Part shown: piece after piece, positions 49,758-61,735 of the stretch
Position numbering within the stretch: position 1 is the stretch's first letter
Layout: each line of letters starts with the position of its first letter
Assembly: GCA_043228905.1 (NCBI GenBank)
Contig: JBHGNT010000005.1
Coordinates: 1,612,001 to 1,676,000, forward strand
Direction of reading: 5' to 3'
DNA: 64,000 nucleotides
Source: Azolla caroliniana
Taxonomy: Eukaryota; Plantae; Polypodiophyta
The notes under the pieces: model-generated
What the model saw: the letters and a program-made list of their open reading frames with translations, nothing else
The model's database searches: none
Told to the model about the DNA's origin: nothing
Program-made: the position numbers and the translations under genes

Positions 49758-52700
49758 TGTAAACGTAAGTGTTTGTGGAAGCGTAAAACAGAGAACAACA
49801 CAAAGAGAGAGAGAGAGAGAGCAGAACGTAATTTCAAAAATTATATCAAGACTCTATACACACACTGTGCTAAGTAGCACTATTTATACAAGTCCTTTTG
49901 GGACTGACAGAAGTACCATGTACTTCAATGCTCACACGAGCATCTGACACTTACTACGAGACTATAGCTACCTAGTAGTCTATCCTATACTAGGCTTCCG
50001 ATTGGACTTCCGGTTACGGATTGCACCCGGCCTCCACTGCTTGCCGGTTCGGTTGCTCACCGTCATACCGATCCGTTTCGCCCGATCCGTCTCGCTTACC
50101 GGCTCCGGCTTATTCAGCCGATCCGGCTCCGGTTGAGCTTGCCGCTCAACACTCCCCCTCAAGCTCAACTTGAGGTGGGGTCGTAGTGTCGACCTCTATG
50201 GCAGTCGGTTCTTCCAACCGACTTCTCCTGGCGTCACTCCGCCTTGCTCGCGCTCCTCGTACGGTCCGGTCTTGTTTGCCGCGACCGCTTTGGTTCTGCG
50301 CGCCTCGACCCTCTCGGTCGGCATGTCTGCTCAATAGGCCCATCTCAGCACTCACGTTGTTGTGACTCCGGCGCTTGCCGATCCGTCGGTTCTCCCACGA
50401 TGGCATCGACTTCCGCTGTGTCCGTGTCCCCTTGGGCTTCAGTCGATCCGACTCATCCGGATCCATCTGTTGATCCGAGTCAGCTGTCTCCGACTCGTTC
50501 CAGCTCTTGTCCGAATCGGTACACTCTGATTCGACTTCCGGCTTCAGGCCTCTCACCACATCGGACCACTTCCGTGTCTTGGCCTTCTCCATGCTTCCTT
50601 CGGCTTCTTCAGCCGGTGAACCAAAATCGAATTCTTCATTCGACTCCGCATCATGGTCAGTACCGTCGTGATGACCTCTGCACAACATGCACTTCTCTTC
50701 CTGAGTGCACAACTCTTCTTCAGAGCCGCTTGCTCCGACCTGTTCGGATGTGTCGACCTCCTTCGTCGACTCGGCTTCCTTTATCTTCTTGTCTCCTCTT
50801 CTTCCGGCTCTCCTCTTACCGACGGGTTCAACAGTTTGTTGACCTTTGCCCGTTTCGGTAGAGACTTTGCCCTTGCTTCTCCCCCTCAAGTGCGGCACGT
50901 CGACATGCTGAAAACCAAGCATGTCGGTAAAGTGCTGCAACTTGTCCGATCCGAGCGGCTTGGTGAAGATGTCGGCAACTTGCCGATCCGTATGAACATA
51001 CCGTAGGTCAACTTCACCGCTCAGGACCCGCTCACGCACGAAGTGGTAGTGCACCTCGATGTGCTTTGTGCGAGCATGGAACATGGGGTTCCTGGTGAGC
51101 TGCAGGCTGCTCATGTTATCGCAGTAAATCGGGATCGGGGTCGGTACCTCGATTCGCAAGTCTCGCAGCAGTCGCCGAAGCCAGATGGCTTCACAAGTGG
51201 CAACGGTAGCGGCCCGGTACTCAGCCTCAGTGCTTGACAAAGCCACTGTGGGCTGCTTCTTGCTGCTCCACGCAACGGCCGCGCTACCTATGGAGAACAT
51301 GTATCCGGAAGTGGAGCGGCGATCAGATGCATCGCCGGCCCAGTCAGCATCTGTGTAACCGACAAGCTCTTCGGGTATACCTCGCCGGTATAGCAGTCCC
51401 CGGTCCTTAGTGCCGCCGACATACCGTAATATTCTTACCGCGCACTGAAGGTGCTCCACGGTCGGCTTTTGCACGAACTGACTTACCATGCCGACCGGAT
51501 AGCTGATGTCGGGTCGGGTGATGGTTAAGTAGATCAGGCTTCCGACAACCTGTCGGAACCGTTTCTCATTGCAGGCCGGTCCGGAGGTGGGACAGAGCTT
51601 CTGGTTCCGGTCCAAGGGTGTGGAGACAGGTCGGCAATCCGTCATGCCGAACTTATAAAGCATATTCAACATGTAATGTCGTTGTGAGAGCAATATGCCA
51701 TCGGGGGTCCGGATCACTTCGATCCCAAGAAAATAATGAAGGTCCCCCAGGTCCTTCATTTCGAATGCGTCCGACAACTGGGACTTGACGCGGTTGATTT
51801 CGGGAAGACCCGGTCCGGTGATGACTAAATCATCCACATACAAGAGTATACATACCGGACCGTCAGAGGCTTGCTGGATGAACAACGAAGAGTCCGACTT
51901 AGAGACAGCAAACCCCAGCTTACGCAACCAGTGCGTGATCTTCGCGTTCCAAGCTCGGGGGGCTTGCTTCAAGCCGTAAAGCGACTTCTTCAGTCGGCAT
52001 ACCGCCGACTTGTTCATCTCCGATTGAAATCCGGGGGGCTGAGTCATAAAGATTTCTTCTTCAAGCTCGCCTTGAAGGAAGGCGTTCTTCACATCCATCT
52101 GGTGAAGATGCCACCCCCTTGCCGCAGCAACCGCCAGTACCACACGAACCGTCGTCATCTTCGCCACAGGAGCGAAGGTCTCGTCGTAGTCGATTCCGTG
52201 GATCTGCGCGTATCCCTTCGCCACTAATCGGGCTTTGTACCGGTTAACAGAACCGTCAGCGTTGTACTTGACCTTGTACACCCACTTGCATCCGATCGGT
52301 TTACAGTGACGGGGAGGATCAACTAGGTCCCAAGTTTCGTCGGCATCGAGTGCCCGCATTTCTTCGTCCATAGCGGCACGCCAATTGGCGTTCTTTGCCG
52401 CTTCTGCGTAGCTCTCCGGCTCACGCTCTTCTGTCACCTTAGTCATGTACGCATAACGATGCGCCATGTATTCATTGTACTCGTACCGCACGACGGGATC
52501 CTTCTAGCGGTTTGATCGGCGCAACGCACCGTCACCTGATTTGAGGCCCTTCTTGGCCAGTTCGGTCTTCGTTGTCGAAGATCTGCCTTTCTCCTTTCCG
52601 GAGTCAGATACGCACCGATCCGACTCATCGTTGCTGGTTTCGAATTTCGGCATCTTCCTCTTCCCCTTCTCTTTGCGCATGAACCGTTTCCTTGGTTCCT

Positions 52701-55669
52701 TACGTGGGGAGAGCACGGCAGAGTCTCCACCACTTGCCGTCTCTTCATCTGACTGGTCCAACCGACTCAGTCGCTCGTTCGGTCCAGTCAACCGTAACGA
52801 TTCCGGACTCTCATCTTGAGTCCCGGCTTCATCATCCTCTGCCAAGGCTGATTCAGGCTCACTGGCCTGATCTTCCGACATTAGGTCGGGATCGGAAGTT
52901 GGAGTCGGTACGGAGTACCAGGATGCCGATTCATCGAACTCGACATCCCGGCTAACTCGGACTTCCTTCGTCCGGGGGTTATAGCACTTATACCCCTTTT
53001 GCTCTTGAGCATAGCCGACTAGGATGCATTTTTCCGATTTTGTATCCAGCTTCCTCCGCTTCTGATCCGGCACATGCACATACGCTATGCTGCCGAATAT
53101 CCGAAGGTGTCTTAAGTTCGGCTTGCGCCCGAAATACAGCTCATGAGCTGACACCTTGTCACCAATGCGGTTTTGTATGTAGACGGCCGTTTGGATGGCC
53201 TCCGCCCAGTAGAACCGGGGCATGCTCTTTTCCTCCAGCATTGTCCTTGCCGCTTCGACGAGTGTCCGGTTCTTCCTTTCGGACACACCGTTTTGCTCCG
53301 GTGTGTATCTGCAGCTGAACTCTCGCCGAATTCCCTTCTGCTGCAGATAACTAGTGAATTGGCCGGAAAAATATTCCTTTCCGCCATACGACCGAAGGCA
53401 TTTGATCTTCCTCTCTGATTCCCATTCCACCATCTTCTGGAGGCTCCGGAAACAGTCGAAGACTTCGCTCTTCCGCTCAATGAGGTAGATCCAAGTATGT
53501 CGAGTATAGTCGTCGATGAAGGAGACGAAGTACCGGCTCCCGCCAAGGCTTACACTTTGTGCCGGTCCCCACACATCCGAATGGATGAGATCGAGCTTGT
53601 TACGGCTCCGGTTCCGTTCGGTGGGGAATGGAAGCCGGTGTTGCTTCCCAAGTTGGCAGGCTTCACAAATTTCGGCTCTTCGGCCGCTGAACCTTGGCAA
53701 ACCGAAAACGACTTGTTTCGTTTGCAGGTCTTGAAGCCTCTGGTAGTTGACGTGGCCTATCTGCTTGTGCCACAGGTCGATGTCTGACTCGACCTTCTGT
53801 CGTTTCGCGAATAGAGCGGTGCCAAAGTCATTGGTGTTGAGGATAAACATCTTCCCGTCTCTGCGCCCTTGCGCAATAACTTCGCCCTCATCCTCAATGA
53901 AGCACCCGAGGTGCGTAAACCGCACCTGCATACCCTGGTCGACAATCTAACCGACGGACACCAGGTTCTTCGTGATTGTCGGAACGTGTAATACGTTCAT
54001 CAGCTTCCCTTTCTGTCCGACGTGGCTTAGAGGGACTTCTCCGACGTGCACGATTCGGTGAGGAGTGTCGTCTCCGGTTTCAACTACTCCTGGTTGATCC
54101 GGTTTCTCCAGAAAGGATAACCACTCTTTGTGGCTCGTCATGTGGTTCGACGCGCCGGAATCAACATACCACACTTCCTCTGTTTTGGAAGTGGTCTTCT
54201 TCATTGAGTTTGCCTTGTGATTCATCACCAAGGCTGGCCCCTTACCGGCCTCTCCGGTTCCGGATCCTCCTGATCCGTTTGCGTAGTGCGAGTTTTGCCG
54301 GCCATCCTTAACGGTCTTGGCAGATCCGGATTTGTCCGAATCGGCACGCTTTCTCCAGCACTCGCTTTCCCTGTGGCCTTTTTTGCCACAGTACCAGCAT
54401 TCCGTAGCGGATTTGTCTTGCCGGCCTCCAGCACCGCCTTGACTCCCCCTGATTGTGGAAGTCCCCGAACTGCTGTCGGCACACTCATAGTGCCTCCGTT
54501 CCTGCTCTTGCCGGCCGCCTCCATTGCGTGCCGACTCACCTCTTCCACCACGCCCACGGAGCCGATCCGTTCCCGTGTACAACATTCGGATGTCCGGGGA
54601 TGCACTATTAGATGCACCGGTGTGGTTCTCCTCTACAAGGAGCATCGACTGTAAGTCGAAGAATGAGGGGGTATTCTCCCTTGTACACACCGCAGTCCGA
54701 AACGCTCCGAACTTGGACGCCAGGCCTCCGAGACATACCTGCACCATCTCGTCTTCCTCTACGGTAACATTGATAGAGGCGAGCGAGTCGCAGATCTCCT
54801 TTATCCGGCCCGTGTAGTCTGCCACAGACATGTTCTTTTGTCGAACATTGCTCAACTCATGTCTGAGTTGCAGCTTCCGGGCAGTGGTGCTTGCGGTGAA
54901 AACCTTTTTCATGTTCCCCCAAGCATCCTTCGGTGTCTTGGCATCACGGATGTGGCTGAGCAGCTGATCGCCGACACTGGATGCGAAGCAGTACATCACC
55001 CTGCTTGCCGCTTGTTCCCATACCGGGAAGTCCTTGTGTGCCGAGTCTAGCGCCGCATCATTCGCTCCTTCGACATAACTCCAGTACCCGTGTCCAAGCA
55101 GGTACTGGTGCATCTTGTAAGACCAGGATGCGTAGTTGCTCCTGTCGAGCTTTTCCACCGGGAGCGACGTAGCCATGCCTCTATCCATGTCTTCTACTGT
55201 GTCTGTTTTCGACCTGTTAGGGTTTTCTTCTCAAGAGTAAATGTCTGCAGCAGAGGTTCTCAACCCTCGCGCTCTGATACCATGTAAACGTAAGTGTTTG
55301 CGGAAGAGAGAGACAGAGAGACAGAGAGAGACAGAGAGAGCAGAACGTAATTTCAAAATTATATCAAGACTCTATACACACACTGTGCTAAGTAGCACTA
55401 TTTATACAAGTCCTCTTGGGACTAACAGAAGTACCATGTACTTCAATGCTCACACGAGCATCTGACACTTACTACGAGACTATAGCTACCTAGTAGTCTA
55501 TCCTATACTAGGCTTCGGACTAGTCTTCCGGTTACAAATTGCACCCGGCCTCCACTGCTTGCCGGTTCGGTTGCTCACCATCATACCGATCCGTTTCGCC
55601 CGATCCGTCTCGCTTACCGGCTCCGGCTTATTCAGCCGATCTGGCTCCGGTTGAGCTTGCCGCTCAACA
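49758..55669 (-). mobile_element. Full-length Ty1/copia element, LTRs 49758-50151 and 55283-55669, no TSD
   Basis: tRNA-iMet PBS TGGTATCAGAGC at 55271-55282, PPT at 50152-50163, domain order gag-PR-INT-RT-RH. Flanks CTTTG and CGTAA differ. Confidence 0.95.
50146..55188 (-). pseudogene. Copia polyprotein, single frame with two nonsense codons (53947-53949, 52504-52506)
   Basis: The three ORFs are in one frame. Motifs: CWYCGKKGHRESEC, WYVDSGASNH, HSDVWGP, QNGVSER, YKARLVAKG, LYVDD, YTDADWAGD, TKHIEVHYHFVRE. Confidence 0.94.
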
Positions 55670-58505
55670 CGTAATCGTAACCGGCCGGTACATGTTTGTT
55701 CGCGCAAATCCAGCCTTGCCGGTTCTTCTTCGGTTTGGGCCCGGTTGACCGGACCCTGCTTCACCCTTCTTCCGCTCCGCCTCCCGGTCGGGTCGGATTA
55801 CCGACCGGCTCATCTTTTGGTCGGGTCGGTTCCCGACTCACTCCTCGATGCCGCTCCGGACCTCTCCTTCGGCCTTTTTGCACGTGCCCACTCCGGGCCT
55901 CTCATCCTCACGGCCACCACCCATCTCTCCGGTCTTATGTCCGCGCTCGGGCGCAACCGCCGAAGTCTCCGACCCTGGTGTCGAGTGATCTCGCCTCCGT
56001 CCGCTACAAACCTCCTCTTCGTCATTTCCGTTGCCCACCGTCCGTCTCTCTAGGTCTCACACCGGCTCTCGGGCCGGTTGCCGGAGTCTCTAGGACCGGT
56101 GTGTGGAAGGTCGCGGCACCGCCGCTCGTCTCTTCTTCTTCCTCGATTTCACAAGCCTCGAGTATGCTCGTGAAATCCTCGTAGAACGTTTCGGGCAACC
56201 GCGTCCTGAAACTTTCGCCCACTCTCGAAGTGGAGTCCACTGCTCCATAGATATCGGCCTCATCCATGGTCGTCCTCTCTCCACAAGTCGAGAGGGTCAC
56301 TCACTCTACACCCGCCTTGCCGCCGCCACCATTCATTACCCTAGGTCTCACGCGGGCACTCGGGCCGACTACCGGGGTCTCTTGAACCGGTGCGTGTAAG
56401 GAAGCAACGTCGCCGCTCGTCGATGCTATGCCCGTAGCCATCTCCATTCGGACATCGTCGTCCGTGGCTACCCCGCCTCCGTATATGCAAGCATCAATTA
56501 TGCTTGCCGCCTCCTCTTCCACGATCTCCTTACCATTGTCTCGGTTGCCCGCCTTGCCACCGCCACCGCCACCGCCACCGCCTGTAGCTCTAGGTCTCAC
56601 GCCGGCAATAGGGCCGACCATCGGTGCCTCTAGGGCCGGTGTGTGTAAGGTCGCGGTACCGCCTCTTGTCTCCTCCTCCCTCGATGTTTCGGGCCGTCAT
56701 GTCCTGAATCCGTAGTTACCGGCCTCCATGGCCGTCCATTCGCCACAAGACGAGAGGGTCGCTCTTTCCGCACCCTCTCCCATGTCACCATCATGGTCGC
56801 CCACCTTGCCGCCGCCACCGCCCGTCACTCTAGGTCTCACACCGGCTCTCGGGCCGGTTGCCGGAGTCTCTAGGCCCGATGTGCGTAAGGTCCCGGCACC
56901 ACCGCCCGTCTTCTCCCCGCTGGATGTTTCGGGCCTCCATGCCCGAACTCCCTCATGTCCACTCGAATCGGCGATCGCCGCCTCACCGTCCCCGACCTCG
57001 TCCTCGGTCGATCTTTCTCCGCATGTCGAGAGGCTGGCTCGCTCCGCACCCTCTCCCATGGTACCGATGTACCATTCTCTTTTGGCCTCCTCATCCTCCG
57101 ATCCGCTCGGCCCCGACTCCGCAATAAGCCCTTCTTCGGCTTCGATTTGTGCATGTACGATCTCGTACGCTTCCCGCATCAAGGCTTTAATGTCGAGCTC
57201 CTCCGAACCGATTTGCGTTGAGCTCTCTTCCGGCGCTAGTGCGTAGTCGGTCGCCGCTCTCTCTTCTCCGCTGCTCGTAGGCCGCGTTGTGGCCGACCGC
57301 GTCTCATCGCATTGTATGCACGCCCATTCCACCTCATTCCAATCTTCAGTGAGGCCGTACGCCCCTTCATCGTCTTCGAGGTAGGGAAAAATGGCCATTC
57401 TCTCCCTTTCGTTGACCGACTTCAAGAATAGTGGGACCTTGTCCACCCCCACCGATTCTTGATCCCGGACCGAAAGTTGGGAAAACCGGAGATCGAACTC
57501 CCGGAATGCCTTCATTGCGCTTCGAGGAGCCTTTGCCGACGACACCCATAGATCGAACTCGCGTCAATCGTACTTGTACGCCTCTTCCCATCTTTCTCTC
57601 CTTCTTTCGAAATCCCTTGCCATTCTCGTAATTACTTCCGCGATGTCTCCGGCTTCCATCTCCTTCCTCCCTTGCCGCCTCTTCACGTCGGGTTCACCAA
57701 ATATGTCGCATTGCTACGCACGTGTGTGGAGAAGGGCGGGACCATGGGGGTCTTGGACTAAGGAGTGGAGGAGAAGGAATTGGACATGGAATGGAAGCTT
57801 TGCTCAAGAAGAAGAAGAATGAACAAGAGGAAGATGGAGCCAAGATGAACAACAAGATGTATTAAAACGAAATGAACAATTACAAAATGGTGGCCGCATA
57901 GGCCGCACCAAACGACTACTCGAAACCCTAACCCTAACCCTAACGCTCGACCTATGTGGTATACCTCGCACACTCAAAATAGGCAACCCTTACAATGGTG
58001 CCTTCCCTCTCCTTTTATAGCTCAAGGAGGGAAGGTCGTTTACAAAAACGAGACTAAAATATCCCCTTTGAATGAAAGGGGATATTTTAGTCTCACTTTT
58101 GTAAACGGTCTTCCCTCCTTGTGCTATAAAAGGGGAGGGAAGACACCATTGTGGGGGTTGCCTATTTTGAGTGTGCGAGGTATACCACGTAGGTCGAGCG
58201 TTAGGGTTAGGGTTAGGGTTTCTTTATCTTTATCTTCATCTTCGTCGGTTAGGGTTTCGAGTAGTCGTTTGGTGCGGCCTATGCGGCCATGATTATGGTA
58301 ATCATTCATTTCTTAATAGAACTTCTTGTTGAGTATCTTGATTGCATCTTCTTCTTCTTCTTCTTCTATCATAATGTCATATTCGTTCTCTTCTCCTCTT
58401 GAGCTAATCTTCCATTCGTTGTCTTAACCTTTCTCCTCTTCTCCCTAGTCCAAGACCCCCGTGGTCCCGCGTAGGATCTACATGTACTCGTGAAACTTCG
58501 CGACA
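55670..58505 (-). mobile_element. Non-autonomous gypsy derivative E: palindromic 5' LTR, tRNA-Trp PBS, gag fragment and tandem repeats; 3' part missing
   Basis: PBS 57683-57699. Gag-like FREFDLRFSQLS..LFLKSV..GLTEDW. No pol seen. Repeat units marked by ctaggtctcac at 56050, 56341, 56590 and 56830. Confidence 0.8.
57704..58505. repeat. Palindromic LTR (about 800 bp) with two outward-facing TATA modules
   Basis: TGTCGC...GCGACA termini. Inverted arms run about 57735-58069 and 58075-58471 around a centre near 58072. ctataaaagg occurs on both strands (58011-58020 minus, about 58124-58133 plus). Confidence 0.85.
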
Positions 58506-61500
58506 ACGCGATGGCGGAAGACCGGTACCACGGTACCACGGGAGAGGGTGTGGAACATAATGCCCTCTCGACTTGCGGAGAATTGCCGACCGAGGACAAT
58601 GTCGGGAGCGAAGAAGAGCCCTCCACGCGGATTCCGGAGACTCCGGTGGTCGAGCTCGTGTGCCAACATGTGACCGGAGAGAAGGAAGGCGCCGACGAGG
58701 AGTCCTGGCACGATGCCAGCGAAGAGGGATGGGAAACTGCCTACGAGGAGGCCAAGGACGGAGGCGGCACGGAAGGATCGGCATTCCAATACGGATGGAG
58801 CGAAGTACGGTCGTGGATCGTTCGATCGGGGCCAGAATCAGCATGAAAGTGCCGATACGGGAGAGGGTGCGGGACGAGCCGCCCTCTTTTACATGGGGAG
58901 AAAGACCGACCGGGCGAAGGTCGGGAATAGGATGAAGAGGACAACGAAGACCGGTCCTACACTAATCCTCACACTGATCCGGCTGTCAGCCCGAGTGCCG
59001 GCGTGAGTCCTACAGGAGAGATCGGTGGCGACAGGAGAACGAGTCCCGGCAATCCGGAGATTGACGAACGGACCCGGACGAGAACTGGGCGGAGCGGACT
59101 CCCGGATAACCATTCAGGGAGGGAGGAAGAGAGCAGGCCTACGAAGAGGCTGAGAACACGGTATGTCAGTACCACGGGAGAGGGTGTGAAGCGAGCCACC
59201 CTCTCGGCTTGCGAAGGAAGGAAGACCTGGGAGAAGGGTCAAGGATACGAGGAGCCCAAGGAGGATCCTTCACACCGGTTCCAGAGACTCCGACGGTCGG
59301 CCCGAGAGCCAACGTCAGACCTAGATTGGCGATCAGTGGCGGAAAGGGGACGAAGGCGAGGGAACTGCAGACGGGCAGTCTACGGAGATCCTCACACTGA
59401 TCCAGCAGTCGGCCCGAGTGCCGGCATGAGTCCTATAGGAGAGGTCGATGGCGACAAATGAACGTGATCGGACGGTGAAAGCAGAGAAAGAAGGTATCAA
59501 GCCGGCGAAGCGGCTACGAACCGAATCGGATCCTCCGGTAAGGTCGGTGGGCATAAGGAAGTCCGGTCCTACGGGATCCCCACACCGAACTAGAGACTCT
59601 GGCAGTTCGGCCAACGTGGCAACATGAGACCGAGAGAGAAGGTTGGTGGCGGCGGGAAACGGGACCCGGCTACGCGGAAGACACAAGGAGAGTCGCAAAG
59701 GACTTCGACAAACGGCACCTCAATTTCGGCAAGCAGAGAAAAGGAGTCCGGTCCTATGGGACCCTCACACCGATCTGGAGACTCCGGCAGTTCGGCCAAC
59801 GTGGCAACGTGAGACCTAGGGAGAAGGACGGTGGCGGCAGGGAACGGGACCCGATGACACGAGATAACGGATCGGGAGTCGGGAGTGCAAAACCCTTACC
59901 GGCCGGTTACGGTTTCGGAAGGAGCCAGTAGGGGCAAACACGGGGAGGTGTGTCGGGCCGTAAAAGCACACCTGGGACAGAACAAGAGTCTCGCAAGTGG
60001 CCATCGCGGGCCGGATCGAAGCGTGACTACGGGACGGTGTTCGGCACAGGTGGTGCCGAACAAAGGAAGCGGAAGACGACACAAGGGAGGTGCCGGGAAC
60101 GAGGTGACGGGTGCATAAGTGGACTGCACAGGGTCGGAGTCAGGGAATGACAAGGGAGTCCGGAGGAGGATCCTCCACACTTGCTTCGTAGATCTCTGCA
60201 GCTCGGTCAGAGTAGCCAAGACTGAGACGGCAAGGCCGGGATGACAAGCTGGTGGGGGCGAGGGGATGACGGCAAACGGAAGACTCAGGACCTATTGCAG
60301 CAGTGCAAAATGAAAAGGGCCAAATGGGCTAATACGGGGTGTTTCTCGGATGCGGAGGACACTGGTATGCGGATGAGCGATGCACGATCTGGCCGGGAGA
60401 GGGGCCGACGAGGCGTGCAATGAACCGGAGTGCGGCACAGGCAGTGCCAAACAACGGATGAGGGTATGTGGCACGCGAAGGTGCCAGAGCGGGAAGGCGA
60501 GCATGAGGATGGGTTGCGCGGTTCGGAGGTAGCGCGTAGAAGGCTAGAGAAGGATCCTCCACACCGTTCCGGAGACCATGGCGGTTCGAGCCGATGTCGC
60601 GACGTAAGACCATGGACAAGTAAGATGGCGGCGAGAGAACGAAGGCAACGCGAAACAACATGGGACAGCAATCAGGACAACACGAATGGTCGACGGAGGC
60701 CAAGCAGGCCACTACGGGCGTTCCTCAAGCGGAGGACATCGGGCATACAACAGAGAGTGGGGCGTACATACGGCCGAACAAGGGCCAGTGGAAGTACACG
60801 TACTACGGAGATCGTGGCGAAGGACCCATCGACGGGTCGAATGAGCCTACGGGGAGGTAAGCGCGAAGGAAGAACCGAAGCCGACGGTTCAAACCGGCGG
60901 TGAGCCGAGATGCGGATTACGGAAGACCGGTTTCTCACCGGCTGAAATCTCTCACCCTTCACCGGATTTGGCACGTACCGGTGGACGTGCGGTTTGGTAG
61001 GGGCGGATGTCGTGAAGAATTTTAGCCAGAGGCGGAAACCGGGAAAAATTGGCTACATCGACAGGGTGCAGCATGTGCGCTCACCCTTGTACATTTAGTG
61101 TGAATAACGAGGGCGCCTTTATGGCACCGAAGAGTAGTCAAGTCGGGACAGAGAATCCCATGTAAGTCAGGATTTATCCCACATTGTAATGCATCTCCCT
61201 CCTTGTTCTATAAAAGGAAGGGAGCACCTCTTGTGAAGGGGTTGCCCATTTTGAGTCTCAAGGGTATACCGTTTTGTGTTTCTTTCTAGGGTTAGCTACA
61301 TTCTTTCTTTTCTTCTTCTTCTTCTTCTTCTCCCCCCCCCGACAAGCCCGTGAGCTCCCCGATTGGCGGCTTCGCAGCCGACGACTGTTGTATCCTACCT
61401 TGGTCCGGCTCGAAGCCGGGAATGTATTCTTCCATTTATATATATACATTTGCGTCTGTCTGTGCAGATTCATGTCTCTGTTGGGGTCCGGTGTTTGTGC

Positions 61501-61735
61501 AGGTGTTTTGGTGTTCTCTTACCTCCGTTTCTATACATAAGGGCGTGAGTTGGGTCGGCGTGGTGTGTGGGTGTGTGGGTGTGAGTCGGGGTCAATCGCA
61601 CGCTCTCTCTCTTTCTCCCTCCCATTTAGTTGCTTCCGGAATGCGCCCGAAGTCGTCTTCTCGGCTTCCCTTCTTCCCTAGTCCAAGACCCCCGTGGTCC
61701 CACCCTTCTACATGCACGCGCGTAACAATGCAACA
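58506..61735 (+). mobile_element. Non-autonomous gypsy derivative F: repetitive internal region, PPT and 3' LTR (61008-61735)
   Basis: Internal repeats related to those of E (duplicated block at 59593/59778). PPT ggtttggtaggggcgga, then TGTCGTGAAG...CAACA. The right end abuts the protease motif of G. Confidence 0.8.
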
